Assembly (NCBI GenBank): GCA_039194425.1
Contig: JBCCVZ010000001.1
Coordinates: forward strand, 11,117 to 75,116
From: Acidobacteriota bacterium
Lineage (GTDB): Bacteria; Acidobacteriota; Thermoanaerobaculia; Multivoradales; J023
Reading direction: 5' to 3'
Length of the DNA: 64,000 nt
A model generated the notes under the pieces. It did no database searches. It worked only from the letters and a program-made list of their open reading frames with translations, and was not told the DNA's origin. This document shows, piece after piece, positions 35,631-46,088 of this stretch (the stretch's first letter is position 1; every line of letters starts with the position of its first letter). The position numbers and the translations under genes are program-made.

Positions 35631-38600
35631 CAGGCGGCTTCCGCGGTGTCGGAATCGCTGAGGTCGACGTCGGCGACTTCGGCGTCGAGCCGCTGCAGGT
35701 CTTCGAGCAGGCCGGCGAGCTCGGTGCGCGCCAGGCCGATGGCGGTGCGTCCCCGTTCGACGCCGCGTTCGATGGCGCTGCCGATCGCTTCTTCGAGCTT
35801 GGGCGCCTGGCCCTCGAGGTCGACCAGGTCGCCGCGCAGCTCGCCGACCTGGGTGCGCAGGGTGTCGGGCAGGCCGAGGCCGGTAAGGGTCGCCTGCAGC
35901 TCCTCTCCGGCGGCCTTGGTTTCGCCGATGAGGGTCTGGACGCGGTCGAGCTCTTCCTCGGCGGCGGCGAGCGCGCCCTCGGCGGCATCGCCGGCGCGGT
36001 CGCTCTCTTCCTTGGCTTTGGCGGCCTCATCGGCCGCGCGCTTGCCTTCCTCGGCGGCCTTGGCGGCCTCGTCGGCCGCGGCCTTGCTGCCGTCGGCCAG
36101 GTCCTTCCCGGCCTCACCTCCGCGGTTGGCCGCGGCCTCCAGTTGGTTCGCAGCCTCGGACGTCGCGTCGGCGCCTTGCTGGATCGCCTGGGCCGCTTCT
36201 TCGACGGTTGGGATGAGGTGTTTTGTGCCGTCCTCGAGCTTGATGTAGTTCTCGGCGGCTCGCTCGACCGCGGCGCCACTCTCTTCGACCTTCGACGAGG
36301 AGTCAGACACCCGCTGTGCGGCGTCCTCGACCTGCTCGGCGGTCGTTTGCGCCTGGGTCCCCAGCTGCTCGATCTCGTTCTTGAGGGTGACGGTGCCGCC
36401 GCCGGCTCCGTCCATCGAGGCGCCCATGTCGGAGGCCGCGGTTCCGGCCGAGAGCAGACCATCGGCGGCGGCGCGGACGCTGCCCTGGAGGCGGGTCATG
36501 GCGGTCGTAGCGCCGTCGGTGGGGGTGACCAGCTCGTTGCCGAGCGCGTTGTTGAGGTTCGCGACTTCCTGGGTGATGACGCCGCCGGCGTCTTGGATGA
36601 TCTGGACCTGCTCTTGCACGACCTCGCCAAGCGCGCGCTGCTTCTCGATCGGCAGCTGCAGGATGGCCGTGTAGTTGTCGGACAAGCGCTGGAGCAGCGC
36701 CTCGGCAGCGGCGGCCTTGTCCTCGAGCATCTCGTCGACGCCGAGCGCGTCGAGGATCGCTTTGCGGGCGCTCTCCCCCGCCTCTTTCTGGCTCTCGGTG
36801 AGCCCGTCCCACAGGCTCCGGATCTGATCGACGCCGTCCTCGACACCGCGGGTCAGGTCGTTCTGGCCCTCCTGGATGTCCCGCATCGCGCCGGTGGTCG
36901 CGTCGCGATTCTGGGTCCAGGTTTCGGCGAGGGCATCGCCAAAACGCTCGAGGCTCTCTTTCCCCTCTTTCGAGCTCTCGACGATGAGGTCGATGCCCTC
37001 TTTGGCCGCACCCTGGAAAGATTCTTTGATGGAGGCCGCGACCTGCTCGACGTTGGTGCCCAGGTCTTCGAGTCCGGGGACCTGGCCGATCAGCTTGCCG
37101 AGCTGTTCGACTCCGGCGCCGACTGCCGTGAGCACTCCGCCCACGAGCGCCTTGATCGCGCCGGTGATGACGCTCGCGCCGGTGCGCACGGCAGCGACGG
37201 TGCCGCCGATCGCGAGGACGATGGTGCCGAGTGCGCGGCCGAGCTCGAAGGCCGCGTTGCCGCCGCGGCGCAGCCCGCCGGTGAGGTCTTGCACGAAGGC
37301 CCGTAGCGCCGGGGTCGCGCCTTCGCCCACCTCGAGCGTGACGCCCTCCCAGGCCGACTTGAGGTTGGTGACGTCGCCTTCGAGGTTGTCGAGTCGCAGC
37401 TCGGCCATCTCGCCGGCGGCGCCGGCGCTGTCTTCGAGCGCCTTCTGCAACTCGCGCAGCGGCCCCGTGGCGCCGGCGGCGGCCAGGATCGAGGCGACAC
37501 CGCGCTTGCCGAAGATCTCGTACGCTTGCCCGGCGTCGATCCCCGCGACGGCGAGTTTCTCGATGACAGGGATGAGGCCATTGGCCTCGGGATTCACGTC
37601 CTCGAGGCTCAGGCCGAGTTCGCTGAGCGCCCGCTTGGCGCCGGCGGTGGGCTCGACCAGGTTGAGGAGCATGTTGCGGAGCGCGGTGCCGCCCTCTTCG
37701 CCCTTGATGCCCGCGTTGGCGAAGGTGCCCAGGGTCGCGATCACCTGCTCGAGCGGGATGCCGAGCGCGGCCGCGACGGGCGCGACCTTGGCCAGGCCTT
37801 CGCCGAGCTGGCTCACGGTCGTCGCCGATTTGGCGCTTCCCGCGGCGAGATTGTCGACCACGCGGCCGAGCTCGGAAACCGGCAAGCCCATGCCTCGCAG
37901 GGCGTCGGACGCGATCTCGGCAGCCTGGCCGAGATCGAGACCTCCGGCGGCGGCGAGCTCGAGCACGCCCTCGACGCCTTCGTAGGTCTCGTTGACGTCG
38001 AACCCCGCGCGCGCCAGGTTCTCCATCGCCTCGGCGGCCTGGGTGGCGCTGAACTGGGTGGTGGAGCCGAGCGCTTTCGCGCGCTCGACGAGGGCATCGA
38101 AGTCCTTAACGCTGGCCTGCAGGATCGACTGCACGGCGCCCATCTGGCCGCTGAACTCGGAGATGGTGCCGAGCGCCGAGCGCATCTGCTGCGCGAAGCC
38201 GGCGAAGCCGAGCGCGGCGATCGCCGTCTTGAGGCCGCCCAGGCTCGCAACCTGCTCGCGGATCCCGGCGGTGAAGGCGCGCGCCGCGCCGGTCGCGCGG
38301 TAGTAGGCCGAGGTGAGCCGGCTCCCGACGGCGGTGGCCGCCGAGCCGGCGGAGGTGGCGATCTGGCGTAACACGCCGAAGAGACCGCGCTTGGCGCCGC
38401 TGGCGGCATTCGCCGCGGCGCCGCTGCGGCGGGTAGCCTGGGCGCTGCGCTCGACGCCGCCCGCGGCGCTCGAGGCGGCCTGCCCGAGCTGCTCCGTTTC
38501 CTGCTCGAGCTTGTCGACGTCTCCGGAGGCGGTCTTCGCCTCGGAGCCGAGCTTCTTGGCGCCCTCGCTCAGCTTGTCGAGCTCGTCTCCGCCGGTGACG

Positions 38601-38638
38601 GAGACTTCGCCGCGGATGCCGAAGCGGCTCTCACTCAT
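35630..38638 (-). CDS. Phage tail tape-measure protein (1002 aa)
   Basis: Ala/Gly-rich helical protein with the conserved TMP core (FSATQAAEAMENLARAGF...GGTALRNMLLNL). Confidence 0.85.
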   Translation of the reverse strand: MSESRFGIRGEVSVTGGDELDKLSEGAKKLGSEAKTASGDVDKLEQETEQLGQAASSAAGGVERSAQATRRSGAAANAASGAKRGLFGVLRQIATSAGSAATAVGSRLTSAYYRATGAARAFTAGIREQVASLGGLKTAIAALGFAGFAQQMRSALGTISEFSGQMGAVQSILQASVKDFDALVERAKALGSTTQFSATQAAEAMENLARAGFDVNETYEGVEGVLELAAAGGLDLGQAAEIASDALRGMGLPVSELGRVVDNLAAGSAKSATTVSQLGEGLAKVAPVAAALGIPLEQVIATLGTFANAGIKGEEGGTALRNMLLNLVEPTAGAKRALSELGLSLEDVNPEANGLIPVIEKLAVAGIDAGQAYEIFGKRGVASILAAAGATGPLRELQKALEDSAGAAGEMAELRLDNLEGDVTNLKSAWEGVTLEVGEGATPALRAFVQDLTGGLRRGGNAAFELGRALGTIVLAIGGTVAAVRTGASVITGAIKALVGGVLTAVGAGVEQLGKLIGQVPGLEDLGTNVEQVAASIKESFQGAAKEGIDLIVESSKEGKESLERFGDALAETWTQNRDATTGAMRDIQEGQNDLTRGVEDGVDQIRSLWDGLTESQKEAGESARKAILDALGVDEMLEDKAAAAEALLQRLSDNYTAILQLPIEKQRALGEVVQEQVQIIQDAGGVITQEVANLNNALGNELVTPTDGATTAMTRLQGSVRAAADGLLSAGTAASDMGASMDGAGGGTVTLKNEIEQLGTQAQTTAEQVEDAAQRVSDSSSKVEESGAAVERAAENYIKLEDGTKHLIPTVEEAAQAIQQGADATSEAANQLEAAANRGGEAGKDLADGSKAAADEAAKAAEEGKRAADEAAKAKEESDRAGDAAEGALAAAEEELDRVQTLIGETKAAGEELQATLTGLGLPDTLRTQVGELRGDLVDLEGQAPKLEEAIGSAIERGVERGRTAIGLARTELAGLLEDLQRLDAEVADVDLSDSDTAEAA

Positions 38639-38641
38639 GGC

Positions 38642-39247
38642 TCAGGCGCGTGCGCGCCGCTCCCAGCCGCGCGCGAAGACGTAAAGGGCGGGACGCCGCT
38701 GGGCGAGGCGCCGCAGGTAGGCGCTCATACGCTCGCGCAGCCGCTCGAGCAGGGCGCCCGGCTCGGCGGCATTGGTCGCGGCGACGGTGAGCGGGCCCAG
38801 CGCGCCGTCGACGGCGAGGGTGGCGCCGAGGTCGTTGCACGCGCGCTGCAGCATGCGGTGCGCGCGGCCGGGACCGCTCCACACCGCGAGATCGAGCACT
38901 TTGCGGGCGACGAGGGGGTCGGCGATCCGGCCGTAGCCGAAGCGCTGCCACCAGTCGGCGTAGTAGAGCGCGCGGGCCTGGGCGCGGGTGAGCCCGCGGA
39001 TGTCGTCGGCATCGACGTCGCCGTCGCCGTCGAGGTCGGTGCCGCGGCGCGCCAGGTAGCGGAGACTGATGCCGTAGTGCGTGATGCCGCCGGGGTCGGC
39101 GGGATGGTCCGCCAGCCCGCCCTCGTGCTCGAGCACCCAGTCGATCGCGGCGTGGGCGCGCAGATCGAGCGCGGCGTCGGCGCAGGCGCATTGCGCGCCG
39201 CAGGCGCCGGCCTCGGGGCAGTCGAGCGAGGGCGGGCGCCCAGTCAC
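38642..39247 (-). CDS. Glycoside hydrolase family 108 / peptidoglycan-binding (PG_binding_3) lysin-like protein
   Basis: WVLEHEGGLADHPADPGGITHYGI matches the GH108 N-terminal motif. GTG start with a GAGGA RBS. GTGA overlap. Confidence 0.7.
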   Translation of the reverse strand: MTGRPPSLDCPEAGACGAQCACADAALDLRAHAAIDWVLEHEGGLADHPADPGGITHYGISLRYLARRGTDLDGDGDVDADDIRGLTRAQARALYYADWWQRFGYGRIADPLVARKVLDLAVWSGPGRAHRMLQRACNDLGATLAVDGALGPLTVAATNAAEPGALLERLRERMSAYLRRLAQRRPALYVFARGWERRARA

Positions 39248-39687
39248 CGTGGATCCTCGAGCACGGCGACGCGGCGCGTCAGCTCGTCGAGCTCGCTCTG
39301 CAGCTGCAGGCGCTCGCGGCGCGCGGCGGTGCGGTCGCGCGACGCCTCGGTCGCGGTGTAGCGGTCTTGTGTCTGCGACTCGAGCGTGACGCGCACGCGC
39401 TCGACCTCTTCCTCGAGCCCGGCCACCTGCTCGGCGACACGGACCAGGGTGTAGGAGTCGGCGTGGGATCGTTTGGTCTGCTGGGTGACGAGGGCCCAGG
39501 AGCCGGCGAGAGTGAGCACCACAGCGACGACGGGCGCCCACTGGCGTACCTGGCGCCACGGGTCGGGCGGCGCGGGGCGTAGGGCGACAGCGGCGAGGGC
39601 GGCCAGGCCGAGGGCGAGCGGCGCGGCGCCGTCGAGGACGGTGTCGGACCTGCGGCGGCGCGGGGTGCGGTATGGGCTGCGGCGCAT
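39244..39687 (-). CDS. Small membrane coiled-coil protein (holin/spanin-like?)
   Basis: Two TM helices, then a coiled coil. Adjacent to the hydrolase. Confidence 0.4.
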   Translation of the reverse strand: MRRSPYRTPRRRRSDTVLDGAAPLALGLAALAAVALRPAPPDPWRQVRQWAPVVAVVLTLAGSWALVTQQTKRSHADSYTLVRVAEQVAGLEEEVERVRVTLESQTQDRYTATEASRDRTAARRERLQLQSELDELTRRVAVLEDPR

Positions 39688-41186
39688 CAGCGTCTCCGGA
39701 GGATGAGCACGAGCTCGAGGTGGCTCGGCGGGGTGTCGGCGTGGGCGACGGTGCGCGCGCTGAGCCGCTGGCCAGGCTCGAGCGAGAGGAGGCCCTCGGG
39801 CCAGGCGTCGCGGTGCAGGGTGGCGCCGCCAGGGGTGATGCGGGGGCGCTCGTCGAAGCTGGCGGCCGAGGGGAAGAGGGAGACGCCGTCGAGGTCGACC
39901 TCGACCACGGTCTCGCCGGCGCCGGCGCCGGAGTCGGCCGCGGCGAGGACGATGCGGTCGAGCGTGTAGCCGGCCTCGGGCACGACGGCCGGGGCGCCCA
40001 GAGGCCCGGGCGCACCGGGCGGCGCCGCGGCGATGCGCAGGTGCAGCGTCTCGCCCGCCCAGGGGCGCAGGTCGACGACGTCGACGACGCCGAGCGCATC
40101 GGTAGTGGCGCGGTAGAGCGCCAGGGCGCCAGGGGTGGGTGGCGCGCCGTCGGTGACGTCGTAGAGCCCCGAGTCGAGCTGCCAGACGGTCGACGTCGTC
40201 TCGGGCGCGAGCGGCAACGGCACGCGGCGCGACCACACGCGCCGCGTCTCGGCGCCGAGCGCCTCGCCGGCGTCGAGGTGGAGGGTGGTCTCGCCGGTGT
40301 CCCATGCCGCCTCGAGGTGCTCGCGCAGCATCCAGTCGTCGACGTCGGCCTCGACGACCTGCGACACGCCGCCCGGCTGGTGGTGCACGCGCACCAGGGC
40401 GAGGGGGATCTCGTCGTCGGGCCAGGCGGGAACGGCGGGCGTGGCGGCGCGCAGGCCCTTCGTGAGGGTGACGCCGCCGGGCGCCTGCGACAGGAGGGCG
40501 AGGTAGTGCTCGCCGGCGGCGAGCGGCTCGGCGGCGCCGTCGGCCTGGTCGAGCGGCTCGTCGTGCCAGGGGAAGCCGCGGGCGGTGCCCTGGTGGACGG
40601 CGATCCGCGGCGGGATGCTGAGTGAGGCGCCGCCGTTGGCGAAGACGCGCAGCTTGGAGCGGACGATCGCCGTCTGCGCGGCGTCGCCGTAGACGGGGAC
40701 GATGCCGCGCCGCGCCGGCGGGCCCGGGAGGGGGATGGTGTGCTCGTCGTAGAGGACGACGAGGCGGATCGGCAGGTGCTGGCCCTGCTGGCTCGAGGGG
40801 GCGCGCAGGCGGCGCTCGATGAGGCGCGCGTCGCCCGGGTAGACGTCGGCGAGGCGCAGGGCGCGCCCGGCGCCGACGGGGGTCCACTCGGAGCGCAGCC
40901 GGCGCTGCTCGGGGCGCGCGTCGGCGATCTGGTCGGTGACGCGCAGCTCGATCCACTGCTGGTCGAGCGCGGGCACGCCGGAGCGTACCCAGCGCCCCTG
41001 GGGGTCCTGGACCTCCGCCACGAGCAGCAGGTCGCGCACCGGCTCGCCGGTGCTCTCGCCGCGGCGGTACCAGAGGGCGAGAGCCTCGGGCGCCGACGGG
41101 GCGCCCGCCTGCAGCCCGGTCCACGGCTCGGGCCCGCCCTGGGCGAGCTCCTGCACGCCGTCGGCAGAGGTCCAGGTGAAGCTCAC
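39687..41186 (-). CDS. Phage structural (tail) protein, 499 aa
   Basis: Large beta-rich ORF within the structural operon. Confidence 0.5.
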   Translation of the reverse strand: MSFTWTSADGVQELAQGGPEPWTGLQAGAPSAPEALALWYRRGESTGEPVRDLLLVAEVQDPQGRWVRSGVPALDQQWIELRVTDQIADARPEQRRLRSEWTPVGAGRALRLADVYPGDARLIERRLRAPSSQQGQHLPIRLVVLYDEHTIPLPGPPARRGIVPVYGDAAQTAIVRSKLRVFANGGASLSIPPRIAVHQGTARGFPWHDEPLDQADGAAEPLAAGEHYLALLSQAPGGVTLTKGLRAATPAVPAWPDDEIPLALVRVHHQPGGVSQVVEADVDDWMLREHLEAAWDTGETTLHLDAGEALGAETRRVWSRRVPLPLAPETTSTVWQLDSGLYDVTDGAPPTPGALALYRATTDALGVVDVVDLRPWAGETLHLRIAAAPPGAPGPLGAPAVVPEAGYTLDRIVLAAADSGAGAGETVVEVDLDGVSLFPSAASFDERPRITPGGATLHRDAWPEGLLSLEPGQRLSARTVAHADTPPSHLELVLILRRR

Positions 41187-41623
41187 GCTGTCGCTCCGGC
41201 CGGATCGCCGCCGGTCGCCTCGTCCTGGATCCGCTCCGGCTTCATCGTCTGCACCGTCGCCGCGGCGGCCTCGGTGCCGTCGGCCAGGCGCTCGAGGAGT
41301 GCGCGCAGGAAGGCCACGAGCTGGTCGTCTCGGGTGTCGGGCGTGGCGCGGGCGTAGGCCTCGGCGGCGTCGAGCAGGCCGTCGGCCGCGGCCAGAATCG
41401 CGCCCTCGTAGGGCCGGATGCGCTCGAGGGCGCGCTGGGTGAGCAGGCCGTCGAAGGCGACGGCGAGGCGGTCGGGCGCATCGCGCCGGGCGGCCTGGCG
41501 CAGGCGCTGGGCGAGCCAGCGTGCGATGTCGTCGCCGTACTCGGTGAAGAGCGCGATGAGAAGCGCGGGGACGCCCTTGCCGAGGCGGGTCGCGAAGGGG
41601 CGGAGAACGGATCTGAGGGTCAT
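41183..41623 (-). CDS. Hypothetical phage protein
   Basis: ORF with coupling. Confidence 0.45.
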   Translation of the reverse strand: MTLRSVLRPFATRLGKGVPALLIALFTEYGDDIARWLAQRLRQAARRDAPDRLAVAFDGLLTQRALERIRPYEGAILAAADGLLDAAEAYARATPDTRDDQLVAFLRALLERLADGTEAAAATVQTMKPERIQDEATGGDPAGATA

Positions 41624-41635
41624 GAGGATCTCCTG

Positions 41636-43110
41636 TCAGGTGGGAAAAACGACCTCGGGCCAGCCGAAGTCGGGGTGGCTCTCGAGCACGAGCTCGGAGG
41701 GAGTGGGCGGCGGCGCGCCGACGTTGGCGGTGACGACGCGGCCGGTGGGCGGGTCGTAGAGCGCCGCGTTGCCGCTCGCCGGGACGGGGGCGCCGCGGCG
41801 GTCGCCGAGGCCGTAGCCGGGGGGCGCCCAGCGCGTCCAGCCGTCGCCGCCTTCGCCGCCGGCTGTTCCGTCCCAGAGGTGGACGCCGTCGACCGCGCCG
41901 CCGACCGAGCGCGGCAGGCCGAGAGCGGAGCCGGCGCCGACGCCGGCGCCGTCGCTGCTCTCGACCTCATCGACGAGGTAGGGCAGAACGCCGAGCGAGG
42001 CGCCGGTGGCGCTGAAGGCGTCGACCCAATCGACGATGAGGCAGGCGGCCTCGGAGCCGAAGCCGACGCCGGAGACGACGGTGTCCCAGGTGTAGGGCCC
42101 GGCGCCGTCGAGCGCCTCGAGGGCGCCGGAGCGCTCGGGGCGGATGTCGCCCAGGACGGCATTGGCGGAGACGAGGCGCAGCGCGCACGTCGGCGCGGAG
42201 CCGGGGGTCCACTCGAGCCACCAGACGCGGCCGGAGCGCCAGACGGCGCCGGCGATGCGGCCGGCGGTGGCGCTCGCCTGGTGGACGACGCCGCCGGCGA
42301 GGTCGGCGAGGTAGACGCGGGAGCCGGAGGCGGCGACCCAGAGGACGGAGTGCGCGCCCACCAGGGCGCCGCCGTCGAGTACGGGCGCCGAGCGCGCCGC
42401 GTGCCAGGAGCTGGCGGAGGCGGCGCCGACTTCGGCCATCAGCGCGCCCGCGGCGTTGTAGGTCCAGGCGCGGAGGGTGGAGTCGGCGGCGACGACGCCG
42501 AGGTAGGCGGCAGGGCCGTCGGCGCCGCCGACCGCCGCGTCGACGACGCTGTAGGCGTTCTCGAGGGTGAGCGGCAGGCGGCGGTCGGGAACCGAGGAGA
42601 TCGGCCTCTGGGTGCCGTAGGCGAGGGGCGCGTCGCGCACGCGGTCGGCATCGGCGGCGACGCGCACGGTGGCGGTGGCGGTGGTGTCGTCTTGCACGTC
42701 GACCACGCCGTCGAGCAGCACGCCGAGGTGGCGGCGCTCGGCGCTGCGCAGGAACTCGGCGTGCAGGCGGTAGCGGCGGAAGCCGCGGCCGGTGAGAGTG
42801 ACGAGGTGGGTGGCATCGCGGGCCAGCTCGCGCGGGGAAACAGCGGTGATCTCGGGCATGTCGACGACGGTGGTGTCGGCCGGCGGCTCGATCCGGAGGC
42901 TGCTGCCGCTCGCGGGCGTCGACCCGAAGCCCGCGCGCGACGGATCGGGGTTCGAGGGGGTGAGGCGCAGCTCGCCGCCGCGTCCCCCGCCGCGCCCGCC
43001 GAGGCGCACGCAGCCGCCGTCGACCGGCTCGAGCTCTTCGAGCCCGTCGGGCCGGCGGCCGACGACGCGGGCAGTGAGCACGGGGCGCGCGGCACGCTCG
43101 CGCCGACTCA
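41636..43110 (-). CDS. Phage structural (tail/baseplate-like) protein
   Basis: Internal ATG (MSRRERAARPVL...). Upstream part of the 795-aa ORF is shadow sequence overlapping the next gene. Confidence 0.5.
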
Positions 43111-43149
43111 TCCAGCGGCGCAACTGGTCGACGGTGTCGCCGCGGCGGG

Positions 43150-45408
43150 TCACGCGTCGCCTCCAGTGGCGCCGAGCGCGGACCCGACGTCGACCACCGG
43201 GGCGCGCAGCGTGTACCGGCCGTCGGCGGTGGGGGTGCCGACGACGTCGACCGTGCACTGCAGCGACCACAGCAGGGCACGGTGCGTGGTGCCGGTGTCG
43301 TCGTCGATGTGGTCGATCGTCTGCCCCGCGCGCGCCTGGGCGAGCAGGCGGCGGGTGCTGATCTCGTGGGCGAGCTGGTCGGTCTCGAGGTCGTGGGCGA
43401 CGAGGGCGCGCAGCTCGCCGAGGGTCTCGGCCTCGTCGTCGGCGCGAGTCTCCTCGCGCGCGCCCCACCAGCGCTCGACGCCGGGGAGCTCCACGACGGT
43501 CTCGAGCGGCTCTTGGCGGAGGCGGGTGTAGGGGCTCGCGCGGTAAGCCGGGAGGGGCGGGCGCCCGCGGTAGACCTCGGGCGGCGCGGCGCGGCCGTCG
43601 ACGCGGCGCTCGACCTGGTAGTGGTCGGCGTCGAGCGTGGTAATCGTCGCCTCTTCGGTGCTGCGGACGGTGTACACCGAGTCCTCGGTGTAGCCCCGAT
43701 CCTCGCCGCCCCAGGGGAACGGGCCGGTGACGCCGACGGGGGCGACGTCGCCGGACTCGACGCGGCGGGTGGAGCCGGCGAGGCCGTCGCGGTCGGGGGT
43801 CTCGTCGAGCACCTCGTCGGCGACGCGGCGCCACCCGTCGACGAAGTCGAAGTGGGTGGTGCCGTCGGCGTTGGTGTAGCCCGGCGAGGTCTCGGCGCGG
43901 CGCGGTGAGTCCCAGCGCCAGGTGGCGGTGAGGGTGCGCACGCGGGCGCCCGTGTCCTCGTCGTACACATACGAGGACTCGCGCTCTTCGATGAGCCCCC
44001 ACGCCTCGATCGTCGTGCCCCACGGTGTGACCTCGGCGGGCTCATAGGAGGCCCCGTCGTGGGCCACGTGAGCCCCGGCGAGGTCGATCGTCGCGGAGCC
44101 CGCGGTGCGCACGGCGCGGCGGCGTCGCCGCCAGCCGTAGACGCGGAGGCGCGCGCCGGTGACGGTGCCGTCGGCGTCGTGGGTGAACTCCTCGACCAGG
44201 CGCTCGTCGCGCAGGAAGGCCTCGCGCGGCAGCACGACGGCGCGTCCCTCGGCGAGCCAGACGGCGCGCGGGTAGAGGCCGTCGGGCCCGGGGCCACCCC
44301 CGGCGGCGCCGGCGCCCTGCGAGGTCTCGTGCACGCCGGTCTCGAGGGTGCGCCAGCGGAACCGCGTGGTCTCGCGCCGGACGACGAGGTCGCCGCGGGC
44401 GACGGTGAGCACCTCGTCGATGGTGAGGGGGGTGTCGAGGAGGGTCGACGTGGACAGGCCGGAGGGCGACGTGGTGCCGTCCGTGGCTTGGAGCTCTGTG
44501 GCGACGGCGGGGGTGTAGGGTCCGCGCGTGGTCTTCGTGTCGACGGTGACGGTGAGGCCGTCGACGGCGGGGGCGACGGCGGTCTGGCCGCGGAGCACGA
44601 GGCGGCTGGCGATCGGGTCCGGCGGGGTCACGCCAGGGCGCTCGAGGGCGTCGCGGTTGTGCCAGGTGTGATCCGCCGCGAGGGGCCAGCGGCGCAGGCG
44701 GACGCGCTCGGCGACGAGGGTGCCGTCGTCGTCGGTGCGCCAGCTCCAGAGGTGGCGGCGGCCGAGGGTCTGCAGGGCCTGGAGCAGGGTGCCGCCGGTG
44801 CTGAACGGGCGGCTGCGCTCGGCGCCGTCGGGGATGTCGGTGGCGGGGACTCCGGCGAGCGCCGCCAGGCTGCGGCAGACGGCGCCGGTGGTGAGCCCGG
44901 CGTGGGGCGCGACCTCGAGGCACGGCGACTGCTCGAGCCACTGCGAGCCTTGGTCGACGGCGTCGAGGGTGACGCCTTCGGGGGTCGAGCGCCCGCGGGC
45001 GACGTGGCCGCGCAGGGCGATCCAGGTGCGGGTGGCGCCGCGCGGGCCGAGGGTGACCTCGATCTCGATCGGCGTGCGGGTCCAGGTCGCGGCGTTGCGC
45101 TCGGGGCGCCAGTGGCGGCCGTGGAGAGGCACGGAGGCGGTGCGGATCGGCGCGTCGACGCTCTCGGTCCAGGTGACGGGGCCGCCGAGGTCGGCGGTGA
45201 CGTCCTCGCCGTCGAGGGTGATGCGCAGGGCGACGACGCGCGCGGTGGCCTCGTGGGCCGCGGCGTCCGTGCGCTCGAGCACCGCGTCGAAGACGGGCGG
45301 GGTCGCGCCTGGCGCGTCGGCGAGCTCGGCGTGCAGCTCGACGGTGGTGCCGCCGAGCGGGCCGGGGTCGAGAAAGGCGTCGAGGTCGAGCCAGGCGCCG
45401 ACGGGCAT
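43150..45408 (-). CDS. Large phage tail protein (host-specificity/central fibre-like), 752 aa
   Basis: Largest structural ORF after the TMP. Beta-rich. Confidence 0.5.
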   Translation of the reverse strand: MPVGAWLDLDAFLDPGPLGGTTVELHAELADAPGATPPVFDAVLERTDAAAHEATARVVALRITLDGEDVTADLGGPVTWTESVDAPIRTASVPLHGRHWRPERNAATWTRTPIEIEVTLGPRGATRTWIALRGHVARGRSTPEGVTLDAVDQGSQWLEQSPCLEVAPHAGLTTGAVCRSLAALAGVPATDIPDGAERSRPFSTGGTLLQALQTLGRRHLWSWRTDDDGTLVAERVRLRRWPLAADHTWHNRDALERPGVTPPDPIASRLVLRGQTAVAPAVDGLTVTVDTKTTRGPYTPAVATELQATDGTTSPSGLSTSTLLDTPLTIDEVLTVARGDLVVRRETTRFRWRTLETGVHETSQGAGAAGGGPGPDGLYPRAVWLAEGRAVVLPREAFLRDERLVEEFTHDADGTVTGARLRVYGWRRRRRAVRTAGSATIDLAGAHVAHDGASYEPAEVTPWGTTIEAWGLIEERESSYVYDEDTGARVRTLTATWRWDSPRRAETSPGYTNADGTTHFDFVDGWRRVADEVLDETPDRDGLAGSTRRVESGDVAPVGVTGPFPWGGEDRGYTEDSVYTVRSTEEATITTLDADHYQVERRVDGRAAPPEVYRGRPPLPAYRASPYTRLRQEPLETVVELPGVERWWGAREETRADDEAETLGELRALVAHDLETDQLAHEISTRRLLAQARAGQTIDHIDDDTGTTHRALLWSLQCTVDVVGTPTADGRYTLRAPVVDVGSALGATGGDA

Positions 45409-45409
45409 G

Positions 45410-46081
45410 TCACATCTCCTCGAGCACGAGCTCGAGGGGCTCGCCGACGGGCTGGGTGAGCTCGACTTCGTCGTCGCGCGATGCCTCCACCACGCGGTAC
45501 TCGGGCACGACGGCGCCGTAGACGACGTCGTCGACGCTCGGCACGCTCGGCAGCCGGAAGGTGTTGCCGCCGTGGAGGATGTGGGCGACGCCGGCGGGAG
45601 GCGGCCCCGCGTCCCAGGTCGCCTGGTCGACGGTCTGGACGTCGAGCGGCGTGCCGTCGTAGCCGATGCGCAGCGCGAGGGTGGTATTCGCGCCCGAGGG
45701 CGGGGCGGCGGTCTCGAGCGCGGCGTGCTGCGCGAGCCGCCAGCCGCGCGGCAGCTCCACCAGGTCGCTCGAGCCGTCGCCCCGCCAGGCCAGGCGGTGG
45801 GTGCGCCAGAGGATGAGGCGGTGCGCGCCGGTGGTGGCGAGCAGCTCGCGGATGCGGGGCAGCGATTTCCCGGCGTTGGCGTAGCGCAGGGCGAAGGTAT
45901 GGACCATCGTCCGCTCGGGCCGACGGCCCACCGGCGCCACCGTCGTCTCGACCAGGCCGAGGCCCTGCGTCCGCGTGAGCGCGCGCGCCTCGAGAGGACG
46001 GACCTTCCAGCTCTCCGCCGGGGCGGAGAGCAGGTAGCCGTCGAGGAACGGCGGCGCGGTGATCGCCGGGCGGTCGGTCAT
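45410..46081 (-). CDS. Phage tail protein (223 aa)
   Basis: ORF in the structural operon. Confidence 0.45.
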   Translation of the reverse strand: MTDRPAITAPPFLDGYLLSAPAESWKVRPLEARALTRTQGLGLVETTVAPVGRRPERTMVHTFALRYANAGKSLPRIRELLATTGAHRLILWRTHRLAWRGDGSSDLVELPRGWRLAQHAALETAAPPSGANTTLALRIGYDGTPLDVQTVDQATWDAGPPPAGVAHILHGGNTFRLPSVPSVDDVVYGAVVPEYRVVEASRDDEVELTQPVGEPLELVLEEM

Positions 46082-46088
46082 CGCGGCG